Assembly: GCA_903813345.2 (NCBI GenBank)
Contig: CAIIXF020000001.1
Location: 44,516,001-44,580,000, forward strand
Length of the DNA stretch: 64,000 nt
Reading direction: 5' to 3'
From: Owenia fusiformis
Lineage: Eukaryota
The position numbers and the translations under genes were made by a program. Below the pieces are notes generated by a model. It was not told where the DNA came from, did not search any database, and worked only from the letters and a program-made list of their open reading frames with translations. This document shows positions 25,901-36,972 of this stretch, one piece after another; positions within the stretch are counted from its first letter, which is position 1; each line of letters opens with the position of its first letter.

Positions 25901-28900
25901 CCTAAACCTAAAAAAGAACCAAAGGGTCACATCAATAAAACTAAATTTGAGCGTCAAGTTACAAGTATGGATAGAGTGCAAGATAAATACATCATAGGTA
26001 AAACATTAGGTGATGGTAACTTCGCAGTTGTAAAACAAGCTGAACTGAAGAGTACAGGAGTGAACTATGCTATGAAAATCATAGACAAGGCCAAACTGAA
26101 AGGCAAAGAACATATGATTGAGAATGAAATTGCACTAATGAGGGAATGCAATCATCCTAATATTGTCAAACTGAAAGAGGAGTTTGAAACTGGGAAGAAT
26201 ATTTTCCTGGTGATGGAACTTGTTAAGGTGAGAATAATTTTCTAAATAAAAAGTATTTGGCTATCATGTTTTATAAATCTTTAGATCAGATATATTTCCG
26301 TCAATCATCTTTCTGGAAATTTTGTTTTTAACTTGGTGTTTTGTTTTACCAAGGCTTGGTACATCAAATCTTCCATTCTACATAGATTTGCTATTCTATG
26401 GGAATGTTATTATTATTGCAATATCATTATTACATACTCAAAAAGAAAAATCAGGAAATTACTTTCATGTAACTTAAGATGATTTTATTTTTATATTCAG
26501 CTCATTATTCATTCTCCAGTTGCTACTGAGATCAAACAATTCACTTCAATTTATGTCTAAAACATTTAGTATCACAGTGGTATTGAAAATATAGCCAATT
26601 TATGGCATTTACATTTGATTTCTAGTAATTGTTGCTTAGCAAGCTTTATTTTAAACATTTTCATGAAAAACAAATGAAATGTTGATTAGAGTAAGAATAT
26701 TTTAGTTGGGCACATCTAAATGTGTTATTACAGTCCCTGGATTCTGTCTGGTTATTCTGACATCTCTAAAGAGCAAGTTATTTGCATTTATGTCTCTCTG
26801 TATTAAGGGGAAGAACTTTTCGTGTTAATCTTGAAACGTGATCTATATCATCATGGCTTTTCTATGACTTTGATTGATTAAATCTATAAGTTATTTTGCC
26901 ATTGTTATATCCCATTAGAAAAAGCAAATATTTATATACTTCATTTATAGAATAAAATGCTTGTATTTTGATCTTTTTACCATGGGCTTTCAAGAGATCT
27001 ATTGAAAGCCCATGTTTTTACCTTTACTAAGAAGTTGAAACAACATAGTCGGAGACAATGCCACTGAGCTTCTTTGACAAAAATATCAACTCTGACTCTA
27101 ATAAGATATTTGATCATTGATCTGATCAATGACCCCTTCGTTATTTATGGTAAGGGGGAGTAGTATGAAAATTACTGGCATTTGAGGTCAGTGACTGCTT
27201 CTTTAACAATTTTTAAACTTTGGTGTAATGATAACCTTATACAATTAGATTTTATACCGTGTTTCTCATTCTTATTTCCTCACTCAGAAACAAATACATT
27301 TTCTTCTCTAGGGTGGTGACCTGTTTGATGCTATCACACAGAGTGTTAAGTTCAATGAAGCAGACTCGGCCAGTATGGTTAAAGATCTCGCAAATGCTCT
27401 CTTCTATCTCCATGCCAGAAACGTTGTACACAGAGACATGAAGCCAGAAAATTTAATGGTAAGTACTGGAGAATGGAGATTCTCATAGTGACACCCATTT
27501 GTTATAGTACACAAGCGTTATATTGAAAGAGCTTTCAAAAGAATACTCGAGGGTATTTAATAAGATAGAAAATAATAAAGCTCGAGTTAAAAGGAGTTAT
27601 TTGCGTATATAGTATACTTGCATTATATCCAAGATTCACAATATTCTCATTGTTCAGATTCATTCATTTTTGTTGTTGTTAGAATATAAAATTGCTTCCC
27701 GTGTAGTATTTGTTCCATGCTCTTGAAAATAGGTACTGTATAAGAGAAATTTAAGGACTCCATATATATCCCCAATTGTTATTACAATTTGGTGGAAGGG
27801 GTTTCAAAGGGAAGTCTCAGGTGTAAAAACTTCCTAATAACTGAGTTAATATAGTTTTTTGATGATGGAATGGAAATAATTACCCTTTTAGCTCGCTTTA
27901 TAATTACATTAATTAGTTTTTTGCTAAAGTGTTTCAGTGATCGATAGGTAAGTGTGTGTAAGTTGAGAATTTAGCATTGATTGATCAACAATACATGAAA
28001 AGTAGTACCCTAATACAACTAGATTTTATAAAGTCGTCTTATCAGTATTTTAGTTATTGTCATCACATTAACATGAGTTCTGTCTTCGTATCGATCAGGT
28101 ATAACTATTCTAACATGTTTACGGATTTGCGATAATTTTCATTCTTGTTAATAGAGAATCTATTGTTCTGCGCTAAGTTCAAAAATACCCAGGTGCATAT
28201 TTCATGGTGTACTCCTTTGAATGAAACTGCACACAATGAAAAAAAATGTTGGACACGATGCTATTTGTTTGTGTTACTTAGAATTGTTATGATGCACAGA
28301 TGCAGCTGTGCCTGAGACTACATGTGGGTCTCCCAAACGAAACACTGATTCCATGATAATATACCTAATGAGTCAATATAGGTAATAAATAAAAAACACT
28401 GATTCAACGGTAATGAACCTGATCAACAATTTAATGGTAATAGATAAAACATAGATTTAATGGTAATAAATAAACACTGATTTAATGGTAGAAGTACATG
28501 TGAAATGGTTAACATGATTGGGTGTGCGCCAACTTAAAATGAAGTTCAATTAACCAGGAACCAAACAGCATTTGATTATCATCTCGGTTTCTTAGACTTA
28601 TGGATCGTTTATATTTGAAGAATTGAATAAATATGTGATTACTAGAGAATACAAATTTTGAAATTGAATTGTACATATACCAGCCTTATGAACCCTAACA
28701 TCTCAAATTACTGACAAGCTACTAGTTAATCAGGTTTTAGTAGAATTCTACAGAAAAAACGGTAGGTTCTTATTATTTCAGAAATGTTATGATTTAGAAC
28801 GAGCTTAGTCGTCAAGTCTCGTTATCTTTGCTCACTATCTACTTTTTTAGTGCATTTGGTTGAAAAATCTTTATTTAGTGACATATTTTACATGGACTAT

Positions 28901-31900
28901 TTTCAGGTATGCTAATCAATGTATAGATCATTAAAGCTATGTTACGGTTTATGACAGATATTGGCATTATGTGTTTCCTAATATATTTTGTTGTGGAGCT
29001 TACAAGCTGTAATTGCGTATTGATTATCAGTTGGTATTATTCCAAGAATAATCTTGTCTTCTCCTTTGATGTATATTACATACTATTACAATTAGTCATG
29101 AATAAACAATATTTAATTCTATATTTAAATTATTAGTCATTTAAAAAATGTTTGAAAAAATGAGTGATTTACTAATGCTAATAAAAAAAGATTCACAAGG
29201 GCATATCAAAGATAGGATAGAAAATGTTGTTGCAATGTTATTGAGATAAGTGCCAATGAGGCATGCTGTTATTCCGATAAGTCAACTTATCAAATAAATT
29301 ATAGACAATTTATGTAAAATATTGGCTTCATCTAAGCTCTCGTAGCTTCCAGGATATATTTTTATCTTGATTAAACCCGATACTAATATTTGTACTAGTC
29401 TACTTTAAATATATTCACATAAACCAGAATGTAATCTAGTCTGATATTATAAACTTTTTTTTATGAAGGAATAAAGAAAGATTTTATGATTAAATGATGC
29501 AATAAATTCCAGATGATATTTTCTAAAATCATAATTGAGGTCATTTTTTATGATTCATATATGTTAAACAAACAAAAAATAGCGAGTCAAAATCCATTTT
29601 TCATTTATTCATTCAGAGGTCATGGATGGAGTTCTGTATAATTCCAATAAAACATTTGCTATAAATCACAGAACTAAGGTTACAATAAGAACAAATTGAA
29701 GAAACAGCTTATCAAAATCCATTTTTCATTTATTCATTTAGAGGTCATGGGTGAAGATAAGAGTTCTGTAAAATTCCAATAAAATGTTTGGTATAAATCA
29801 CAGAACTAAGGTTACTATAAGAACCAATTGAAGAAACAGCTTATCAAAAGCCATTTTTCATTTATTCATTTAGAGGTCATGGGTGAAGATAAGAGTTCTG
29901 TAAAATTCCAATAAAATGTTTGGTATAAATCACAGAACTAAGGTTACAATAAGAACCAATTGAAGAAACAGCTTATCAAAAGCCATTTTTCATTTATTCA
30001 TTCAGAGGTCATGGATGAAGATAAGGAGTTCTGTAAAATTCCAATAAAATATTTGGTATAAATCAGAGAACTAAGGTTACTGTAAGAACCAATTGAAGAA
30101 ACAGCTTATCAAAATCCATTTTTCATTTATTCATTTAGAGGTCATGGGTGAAGATACTTCCAATAAAATATTTGCCATAAATCATAGAATTGAAATCTTT
30201 TATGAAACAAGTATGATAAATGGACCAAAAAACAGCTAGTCAAAATCCAAGGTGTCCTGCATACGTACAATAAATCATAGAATTCAGGTTAATATGAAAA
30301 CCAAATAAAAAACAGCTTATGGAAAGGCCATTTTTTCATTCAGAGGTCATGATCAAAGTTAGGTGTCTTACTTTTAAAAGTTCAATATATAAACCCCATA
30401 CTCAATTATATTCTTCAATTTATTTTGATATCGCATTATTTGGCTTTTATTTAACAAATATGAAACGCTCAGGATGTGAATGAATCTAATGGATAATTGG
30501 AAATAGAGCAAGAATATACAGTTACAAGCCCAATAAGTAAGGACTGGGGCTTACTCTAGTTTGTAATGTAGCTCATAATTAATAAAATGCAGGAATTTGT
30601 GATTAAATGTTTCAATCAAGGGGACTTTATGTTTCATAAATCATTTAATGTGCTAGAAGTTAGTTTGCTAAAAATGAAGAGAATATTTTTTCTAAACATT
30701 GTAAAGCTAAGAATCCACAAGTCAGTTGTTAATCTTGTTAATATTTGGATTTTTAAATTAATACATTCTGAATTGAACAAAATTTATATCTTATGTATTT
30801 ATTTAAAAATGAAAATGTAGAAAATTAATATACATAGAATTGTATAAAGAATAAAGATATTATTATTTTCTATCTCCAGGTGTGTAGGAACAAAGATGGT
30901 AGCATAACGTTGAAGCTTGGAGACTTTGGCCTTGCCATGGAGGTGAAGGAACCCATTTACACAGTATGTGGTACCCCAACATATGTCGCCCCAGAGATAC
31001 TCACTGAGTCAGGTATGTTCAGCGCACTTGAATCATTAATCTTAAAAAATAGTTTCAACATTATTTTTTTAGTTACCTACTTATTCATTATTCTAGCTCC
31101 CCATTGATTTAAAAATCTTTAAAAGTTGATCTTCTCTAAGATTATTATTTTAAAGATCAAAATTGTAAGGTTTTTAACATCATATCTGCATGTTAACAAA
31201 ACCATCTAGTTGCATGTAAATAGAGTTTTAGATAAATCCAAATGAAAATATTTGATGAATTAAGAATTAACTAATTTTGTCAGTTTCTTCATATGATATG
31301 AATAAATAGGATACTAGTAATTTCCTAGCCTGATGGAAATAACTACTGTAATGTATTTATCCACCAATAAATCAAGTCCTATTTAGTAACACAATTAAAT
31401 GTGATTTCTGTTTTGCAGGTTATGGCCTGGAGGTTGACATGTGGGCACTAGGGGTTATATGTTACATCTTGCTTTGTGGATTTCCACCATTCAGGAGTCC
31501 TGATAGGAACCAGACTGAGTTGTTTGAGTACATCAAAGCTGGAGAGTTTGAATTCCTACGGCCATATTGGGATAAAATTTCTGAATGTAAGCTGAAATTC
31601 ATTCGTTTTAATGATTTTACTGCATTAGAATATGATCTATGTAAATACAAGTGCTAATTTTTTCTGCTGGTTTTGTTGCCTATCCGATGAACTTTTTAAT
31701 CTGATTTTTAGTGCATTTTACAAAATCATTATTTGTTATAGGGATATTTTTGATTCTTAGAAGCATTTTTTAATAAATCGTTTCTTATTTCCAGCTGCAA
31801 GAGACTTTATAGATCACCTGATTGTCGTGGACAAGAAGAAACGTTTCAGCGCAATAGATGTACTCTGTCATCCTTGGATTCTGTCTCGGGGTGGGGCTGA

Positions 31901-32009
31901 TCCCCTTCCAGACAACCTCGCCAATTTCCGAGAGAATAGACGTGAGGAGTTGAAGAGTGAAGCTGATAGAGTGAAGAATGACTTCAAGAACATCAAATAT
32001 GACACTTAA
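13904..32009 (+). CDS. DCLK3: Doublecortin-like Ser/Thr kinase, DCLK3-type; two DCX domains plus CAMK-family kinase domain, about 860 aa
   Basis: Exons 13904-14333, 24738-26227, 27312-27458, 30880-31012, 31419-31586 and 31795-32009 join in frame (2583 nt). Kinase motifs: [33 protein letters not shown]2 (KPKVITVVK...[19 protein letters not shown]) and [12 protein letters not shown] resemble vertebrate DCLK3 more than DCLK1/2. An acceptor at 13872 implies an upstream non-coding exon. Confidence 0.92.
14724..14862. repeat. Long palindrome (about 60-bp arms), probably part of a repeat element
   Basis: GTTATAGAATGATTTGAAGTGCAATACAGGATATATTCTGCTC...GAGCAGAATATATCCTGTATTGCACTTCAAATCATTCAATAAC. Confidence 0.8.
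15746..16640. mobile_element. Tc1/mariner-type MITE with about 270-bp TIRs and TA TSD
   Basis: TA-CTCCTCAAAAAAAGTTAAGGACCAGTGG ... CCACTGGTCCTTAACTTTTTTTGAGGAG-TA; the inverted similarity extends inward to about 16015 and 16370. Confidence 0.9.
17112..17124. promoter_or_regulatory. RFX X-box-like motif
   Basis: GTTGCTTGGTTAC (reverse strand GTAACCAAGCAAC) fits the RFX palindromic consensus; located in the first DCLK3 coding intron. Confidence 0.4.
17594..18308. mobile_element. Non-autonomous DNA transposon with CCCGGG termini, about 43-bp TIRs and 8-bp TSD
   Basis: TSD AATTTACC at 17586-17593 and 18309-18316; TIR CCCGGGGGTTCACTGTATATAAAAC...; about 11 internal (C)CATACC motifs. Confidence 0.85.
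20572..20722 (+). CDS. Putative alternative first coding exon of DCLK3 ([10 protein letters not shown]...DLAPR)
   Basis: In-frame TAA directly before the ATG, 50 open codons plus 1 nt, and a perfect GTAAGT donor in phase 1, which matches the phase-1 acceptor at 24738. Confidence 0.55.
22126..22260. repeat. Small hairpin MITE-like inverted repeat
   Basis: TGCCGTGGTCACAT...CGGCCAATGAGTAT / ATACTCATTGGCCG...ATGTGACCATGGCA. Confidence 0.65.
23165..23177. promoter_or_regulatory. RFX X-box motif
   Basis: GTTACTAGGCAAC is a close match to the RFX consensus; about 1.1 kb upstream of the alternative exon at 24256; a weaker GTAACCATGGTGA lies at 23432. Confidence 0.5.
23958..24148. mobile_element. 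pogo/Tigger-like MITE
   Basis: TA-CAGTAAA ... TTTTACTG ends with internal TGAACAC repeats; a related fragment lies at about 10271-10345. Confidence 0.55.
24256..24510 (+). CDS. Putative alternative (first or cassette) coding exon of DCLK3
   Basis: Open frame [12 protein letters not shown]...IAVISD (ATG at 24270) with a phase-1 GTATGT donor at 24511; the upstream CAGTAG tandem acceptor is also phase 1. Confidence 0.55.
29585..30350. repeat. Intronic tandem repeat, about 132-bp unit, 5-6 copies
   Basis: CCATTTTTCATTTATTCATT(C/T)AGAGGTCATGG...CAGCTTATCAAAA recurs; GAGGTC is at about 29617, 29741, 29873, 30005, 30138 and 30343. Confidence 0.9.
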
Positions 32010-32410
32010 ATGTGTGTCTCTGTATGACACCTAAGTGTATTTCTCAAACTGACACACAAAAATGTTGACCTAAAGTTTTTCTTAATGAGAAAACTTGAAA
32101 CTGAGTGTCAGTATGACCTCAGATGAGTGTCTCAATGTAACACACAAATGTGTGTCTCGGTATGACACCTAAACATATCTTTAGCCAGTGTATCATAAAG
32201 CATAATATATTTATTATTCAGGGGAATAAAAAGAACATTGAATATTTATATACTACATGTGTATGGAAAATGCCCATACTCAAAAATCACAACATACATT
32301 TATGCTATGATTTGTAAATAAGTGACAATTCATATCTTGCGATTCGTGACATTTCTAGATAGTAGGTCATGGATTCCAGCTACTGTAGATTGATAGGTTT
32401 AGACCACATT

Positions 32411-32816
32411 CACTGGTCAGTATCAACCAGGGTAACAGCCATAACCTTCGCATCAAAGATGACCAAAGACGGTGATGCGGTAACGTTATGTGTGTCTGTA
32501 ATGGAGAGCTAAGCTGTCCAGTAACTATATCACATTGACATAACATGACCGTTGTCATGACCAGTCATCTTCCCTTAAGAGGTGGAAGATATTGTTGAAT
32601 TGTGGCGCCCAAGCACGATATATGAACAAATTATCACACTCTAGGGTTCCCATGTCATATAAGCTTGGTTTGGTTCAAATATTAAAGCATAACGTCAACT
32701 ATAAAGTAGTTTAATTCCGAATCGATGAAATCTAAAAATATCGAAATCGACAATTACCGTCCGCCATCTTTGATGCGAAGGTTACGCCTGTTACCTTCGC
32801 TTGATACTGACCAGTG
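32411..32816. mobile_element. Transib-like MITE (CAC...GTG termini, 5-bp TSD)
   Basis: About 50-bp TIR CACTGGTCAGTATCAA...CCTTCGCATCAAAGATG / CATCTTTGATGCGAAGG...TTGATACTGACCAGTG; TSD ACATT at 32406-32410 and 32817-32821. Confidence 0.75.
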
Positions 32817-34086
32817 ACATTAGAGGGAAGTATATGGAGGTATTTTACTGTCAGTTTACAGCAGGCACAAAACCATTTATAAGTTACAATTATGTTAACA
32901 GTTAGGATCAAAACATAGTGTAATAATTCACCCAATGTACTTAACACAAACCAGAACAAAATCATGTAAAGTGTAAATATCAGAAATTATTATTTAATTG
33001 TTTGTAAAGGGATTGAATAATGATGTATATAAACTTAAAATATGTGCCATATATATTTTTCTAAATGCTATGTATGTTTATGCCAGTGAGATTTACTTGT
33101 ATATGTTTTGACACAAGGAATATGAATTGTACATGTTTTGATGCTGCGATTATGAATTGTATATGTTGATGCTGGGAATATAAATTGTATTTTTGACACT
33201 TAAGAACATTTGTACCGTTGGACTAACAGTGACGTGTTAATCGTTTCATAGAGGCATTTGTCTATTTTTCTTGATCACAATTTATAAAAATGAAAGGAGA
33301 CAGATTTTGATAAGTAGATAGTGCTTCCATTTATACATATATTTCTTTAAGCTCATTAGAAGAAGAAAATTGTGCGTCATATTTGTTCATGTGTTGCTCA
33401 CTGCACTTTACCGTGACTGTTACAAAGAAACTTGTGTACATGTCAGTCATTTGTTATGCTAGGAGCTGTTATAAATCATCTCTGTTGGTTTCTTATTCTT
33501 TGTTTTTTTTGAGAAATACCTCAATTATTTCATGTGCATGTTGAAATCTCCATTTTTGCTTCCATTCTTTTGTTTTTATAACTCGGAACATTTTGTTTAA
33601 TCGACTGCACAAATCTTTATTTCACTTATAAATGCAATATGTATATTCATTCCTAAATTCAACATTAGCCCTGAAACTTTTGTAGATATCTACAAGCTCC
33701 ATGAGGAGACATTTTTTTAAGAAGAAATATAATAGATAAAAATAATGAATGTTTTCTTGTGTTATGATTCTTAAATAGAACTGAAAATCAAGGTGTATAT
33801 GTACATGATATACATGTACAGTTTGTGTACATGTAGTGTACAATTCAGGTATATAAAAAACACTACATTGCATGACATACTTGAAGCCTGGCTGTCATTA
33901 TATGACATAAATTTAGTGGGACGATTGTTCACATTCACATATAAATACTTTTTCAAAGATCTCAATTCTAGATTATATCAGTATTGCCACTTGATATTGA
34001 ATCTTTAAATATAAGAACATAACTATAATAAGGGAAATTTATTGCCATTACATGTATATGGTATACCCTGTTCCCATTGAAGTGGT

Positions 34087-34866
34087 AATTATCCCAACGA
34101 ACGGAGTTCGGTAGGGATATAGTGAAGCCGTCCGTCCGTCCGTCCGTCCGTCAGTCAGTCCGTCCATCTGTCCGTCCGGAAGATAACTCAAATATTAGTT
34201 GACGGATTTTCTTCATATTTAATGGAAAGATGTATATTGGTGAATAGTTTTACGCAAAAAAAAATTTTTTCAAGATGGCCGCCGCTTAAAAAATGACGGG
34301 ACTTTTTGCAAAAATCATAAATTTTTCATTTTAAACCAAAGTAATTAATATTATTGTTTGAAATTTTGGGAGTATATTCCCAACATCGATCTATTTCACA
34401 TATATTACGTGTTTTTCATCCTGACCCCCAGGGGCCGTATATGGGGGGTCAGGAAAACAGAAATTTTCGCTTATTTTTAGATCTTTCTAAAGTATAGCTT
34501 TATTATACTCAAATTAAAGGCAATTAAGAGTAGATTGCAAATATTGTATTATCTTTTTTCTGATTCGAGCCTCGTAAAATTCAAAATGGCTGTCTAATGT
34601 ACGATTTCGCAATAATTTTTCGATCCCTTCAAAGTATGGCTATATTATACTCAAATTGAAGGAATTTTGGAGTAGATCACAATTATGGTATTATTTTTCA
34701 GATTTGTACCTCAGAAAATTCAAAATGGCTGCTTTGCAGGAATTCGCAATTCTAAAATCTAAATTTTTCAATTTTAACCAAAGTAATGAGTATAATTGAT
34801 TGGAATTCGGTAACTGATATTTTGTTCGTTGGGATTTGCTACTCCGCAGAGTTGCCGTTATCTAGT
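34087..34866 (+). mobile_element. DINE-1/HINE-like (Helitron/Helentron-associated) element, family B
   Basis: 5' palindrome ATCCCAACGAAC...GTTCGGTAGGGAT, (CCGT)n microsatellite, subterminal GTTCGTTGGGAT and a 3' hairpin ending CTAGTT. Related pieces lie at about 43690-44000 and in reverse at 62127-62460. Confidence 0.7.
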
Positions 34867-36004
34867 TTAAATTCTACATGGCGCCACTTCACTTACTAGC
34901 AACAAAACACAAAACCAAGATACAGTTTAATATATCTTAATATATTTCTCTTTTGACATCAATTCATTGAACATAATGATAAATTGCACTTCTTACAAAC
35001 AGTATTTTAAAACAATATAAAACAATCATTCGAATGCATGGCTGTTTATATCAAGTTTATATCTTGTTCCTGGCCAATATAAGAACAACATTTCCACAGT
35101 ATTGAATGAAGGATATCACCGGAGTTCCCTTAAAATTTAGTGTTGCTTAAGACCCTGGACCCCCCCCCGCCCCCTGATCAACTTCATTCACACTGTCATA
35201 CCCTGGGGGGGGGGGGCTGTACATAGTCACGTGAAGTACATACTAAGCATAGTCATAGGGCGGGGGGGGGTGTACACAGTCTTGGTCTTTGAGAAAGACT
35301 ATTTAAACTTGAATATTTATCAGTTCTAATGGATCAATTTTCATATTATCCTTGCGTATCTGATAGTTATACAAATGAAAATATGTCCAGTAAAAGAAAA
35401 TATCCATCCAATACAAGAAAAGATATTTCACTTTTTTGTGATTTTGTGAACATGGGAATCTCCCCAAACAAGAAGTCACAAAGGGAATAAAATTTTCAAT
35501 ATAAACGCTTTTCAAAACCACATTTTAGATGTAATTTTACATGTAGATTTCAAATATATCACTTTGACTGAATTTTGAATTTAGATAACATAAATCAAGA
35601 TCATTTCTACTCACATCTAGTCTATTGAGTAATTAAATGGTTTGAAAGCTACTATGAAAGATTCTTAGCAAACTTGACAATACTCCTGGTGACACCTTTA
35701 AAATAAAGAATGCTCATTATGGCATATACTTGAATAAAAGAAGAGTAACACTTTTAGAAACCAAAATATTTCTGTTGACTTTTTAATATTCATAAAACAA
35801 TTGCACAATATAAGACAAGTGGTCTCAGATATAAGGATATCGGCTACAGGCCTTTTTATACTTAGAAATCAAAGTATTCAATTTATTTGTACACAACAGT
35901 CGTGCATCAAGTATTTGACACCCCTCCTATTTAAGATGGGGTGTTGCAGGGGAACAAATTAGTGATGCCAAGACGCAGCTATGTTTGCATTGTTAGCAGT
36001 TTCA

Positions 36005-36840
36005 TGTACATGTAGTTGATACAAATGTACACATGGTTTACACAAATATACACACTCATGTGAAACATTACACACGTAGTTGATACACATGTACACATAG
36101 TTCATACATATATACACATAGTTCATACATATGTAGACATAGGTCATACATGTAACACATAGTTGATACATATGTACACATAGTTGATACATATGCACTA
36201 TATAGTTGATACATATATGCATATAGTTGATACATATGTAGACATAGTTCATACATGTAACACATAGTTGATACATATGTACACATAGTTGATACATATG
36301 CACTATATAGTTGATACATATATGCATATAGTTCATACATATGTAGACATAGGTCATACGTGTAACACATAGTTGATACATATGTACACATAGTTGATAC
36401 ATATGCACTATATAGTTGATACATATATGCATATAGTTGATACATATGTAGACATAGTTCATACATATGTAGACATAGGTCATACATGTAACACATAGTT
36501 GATACATATGTACACATAGTTGATACATATATGCATATAGTTGATACATATGTAGACATAGGTCATACATGTAACACATAGTTGAAACATATGTTGACAT
36601 AGTTCATACGTGTAACACATAGTTCATACATATATGCACATAGTTGATACATAATGTGCACATAGTTGATACATATGTAAGCATAGTTGATACATGTAAC
36701 ACATAGTTGATACATATGTGCACATAATTGATACATAGTACAATGTACTCATAGTCCATAAGATACATATGTACAAATAGTTGATACATATGTGTGAATA
36801 GGTGATACATATGTCACATAGTTGAAACATATGTACAGTA
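36005..36840. repeat. 21-bp minisatellite (CACATAGTTGATACATATGTA) with 105-bp higher-order periodicity
   Basis: Visible tandem array; the variant unit GCACTATATAG occurs at 36195, 36300 and 36405. Confidence 0.95.
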
Positions 36841-36972
36841 CATGTTTATTAAAATGATATGTATTCCAGTAAATAATTGAACAAAATGTTAAAATTGCTC
36901 TTTAATGTCCAAATTTCCATTAAAAATCAATTAAATAAAAGTAAAATCCATTATTGCACCAAACTTTTGTCA

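Noticed and set aside
24813..25997. Overlapping alternative-frame and antisense ORFs within the large DCLK3 exon
   Set aside because: Short shadow ORFs of a real coding exon with no recognisable motifs.
35155..35280. C-runs and G-runs with G-quadruplex potential
   Set aside because: Simple homopolymers with no supporting context, probably remnants of a repeat.
35959..36830. Minus-strand ORFs of 213, 163 and 68 aa rich in Cys/Met/Tyr
   Set aside because: They are translations of the 21-bp minisatellite, open in several frames, with no splice or domain support.
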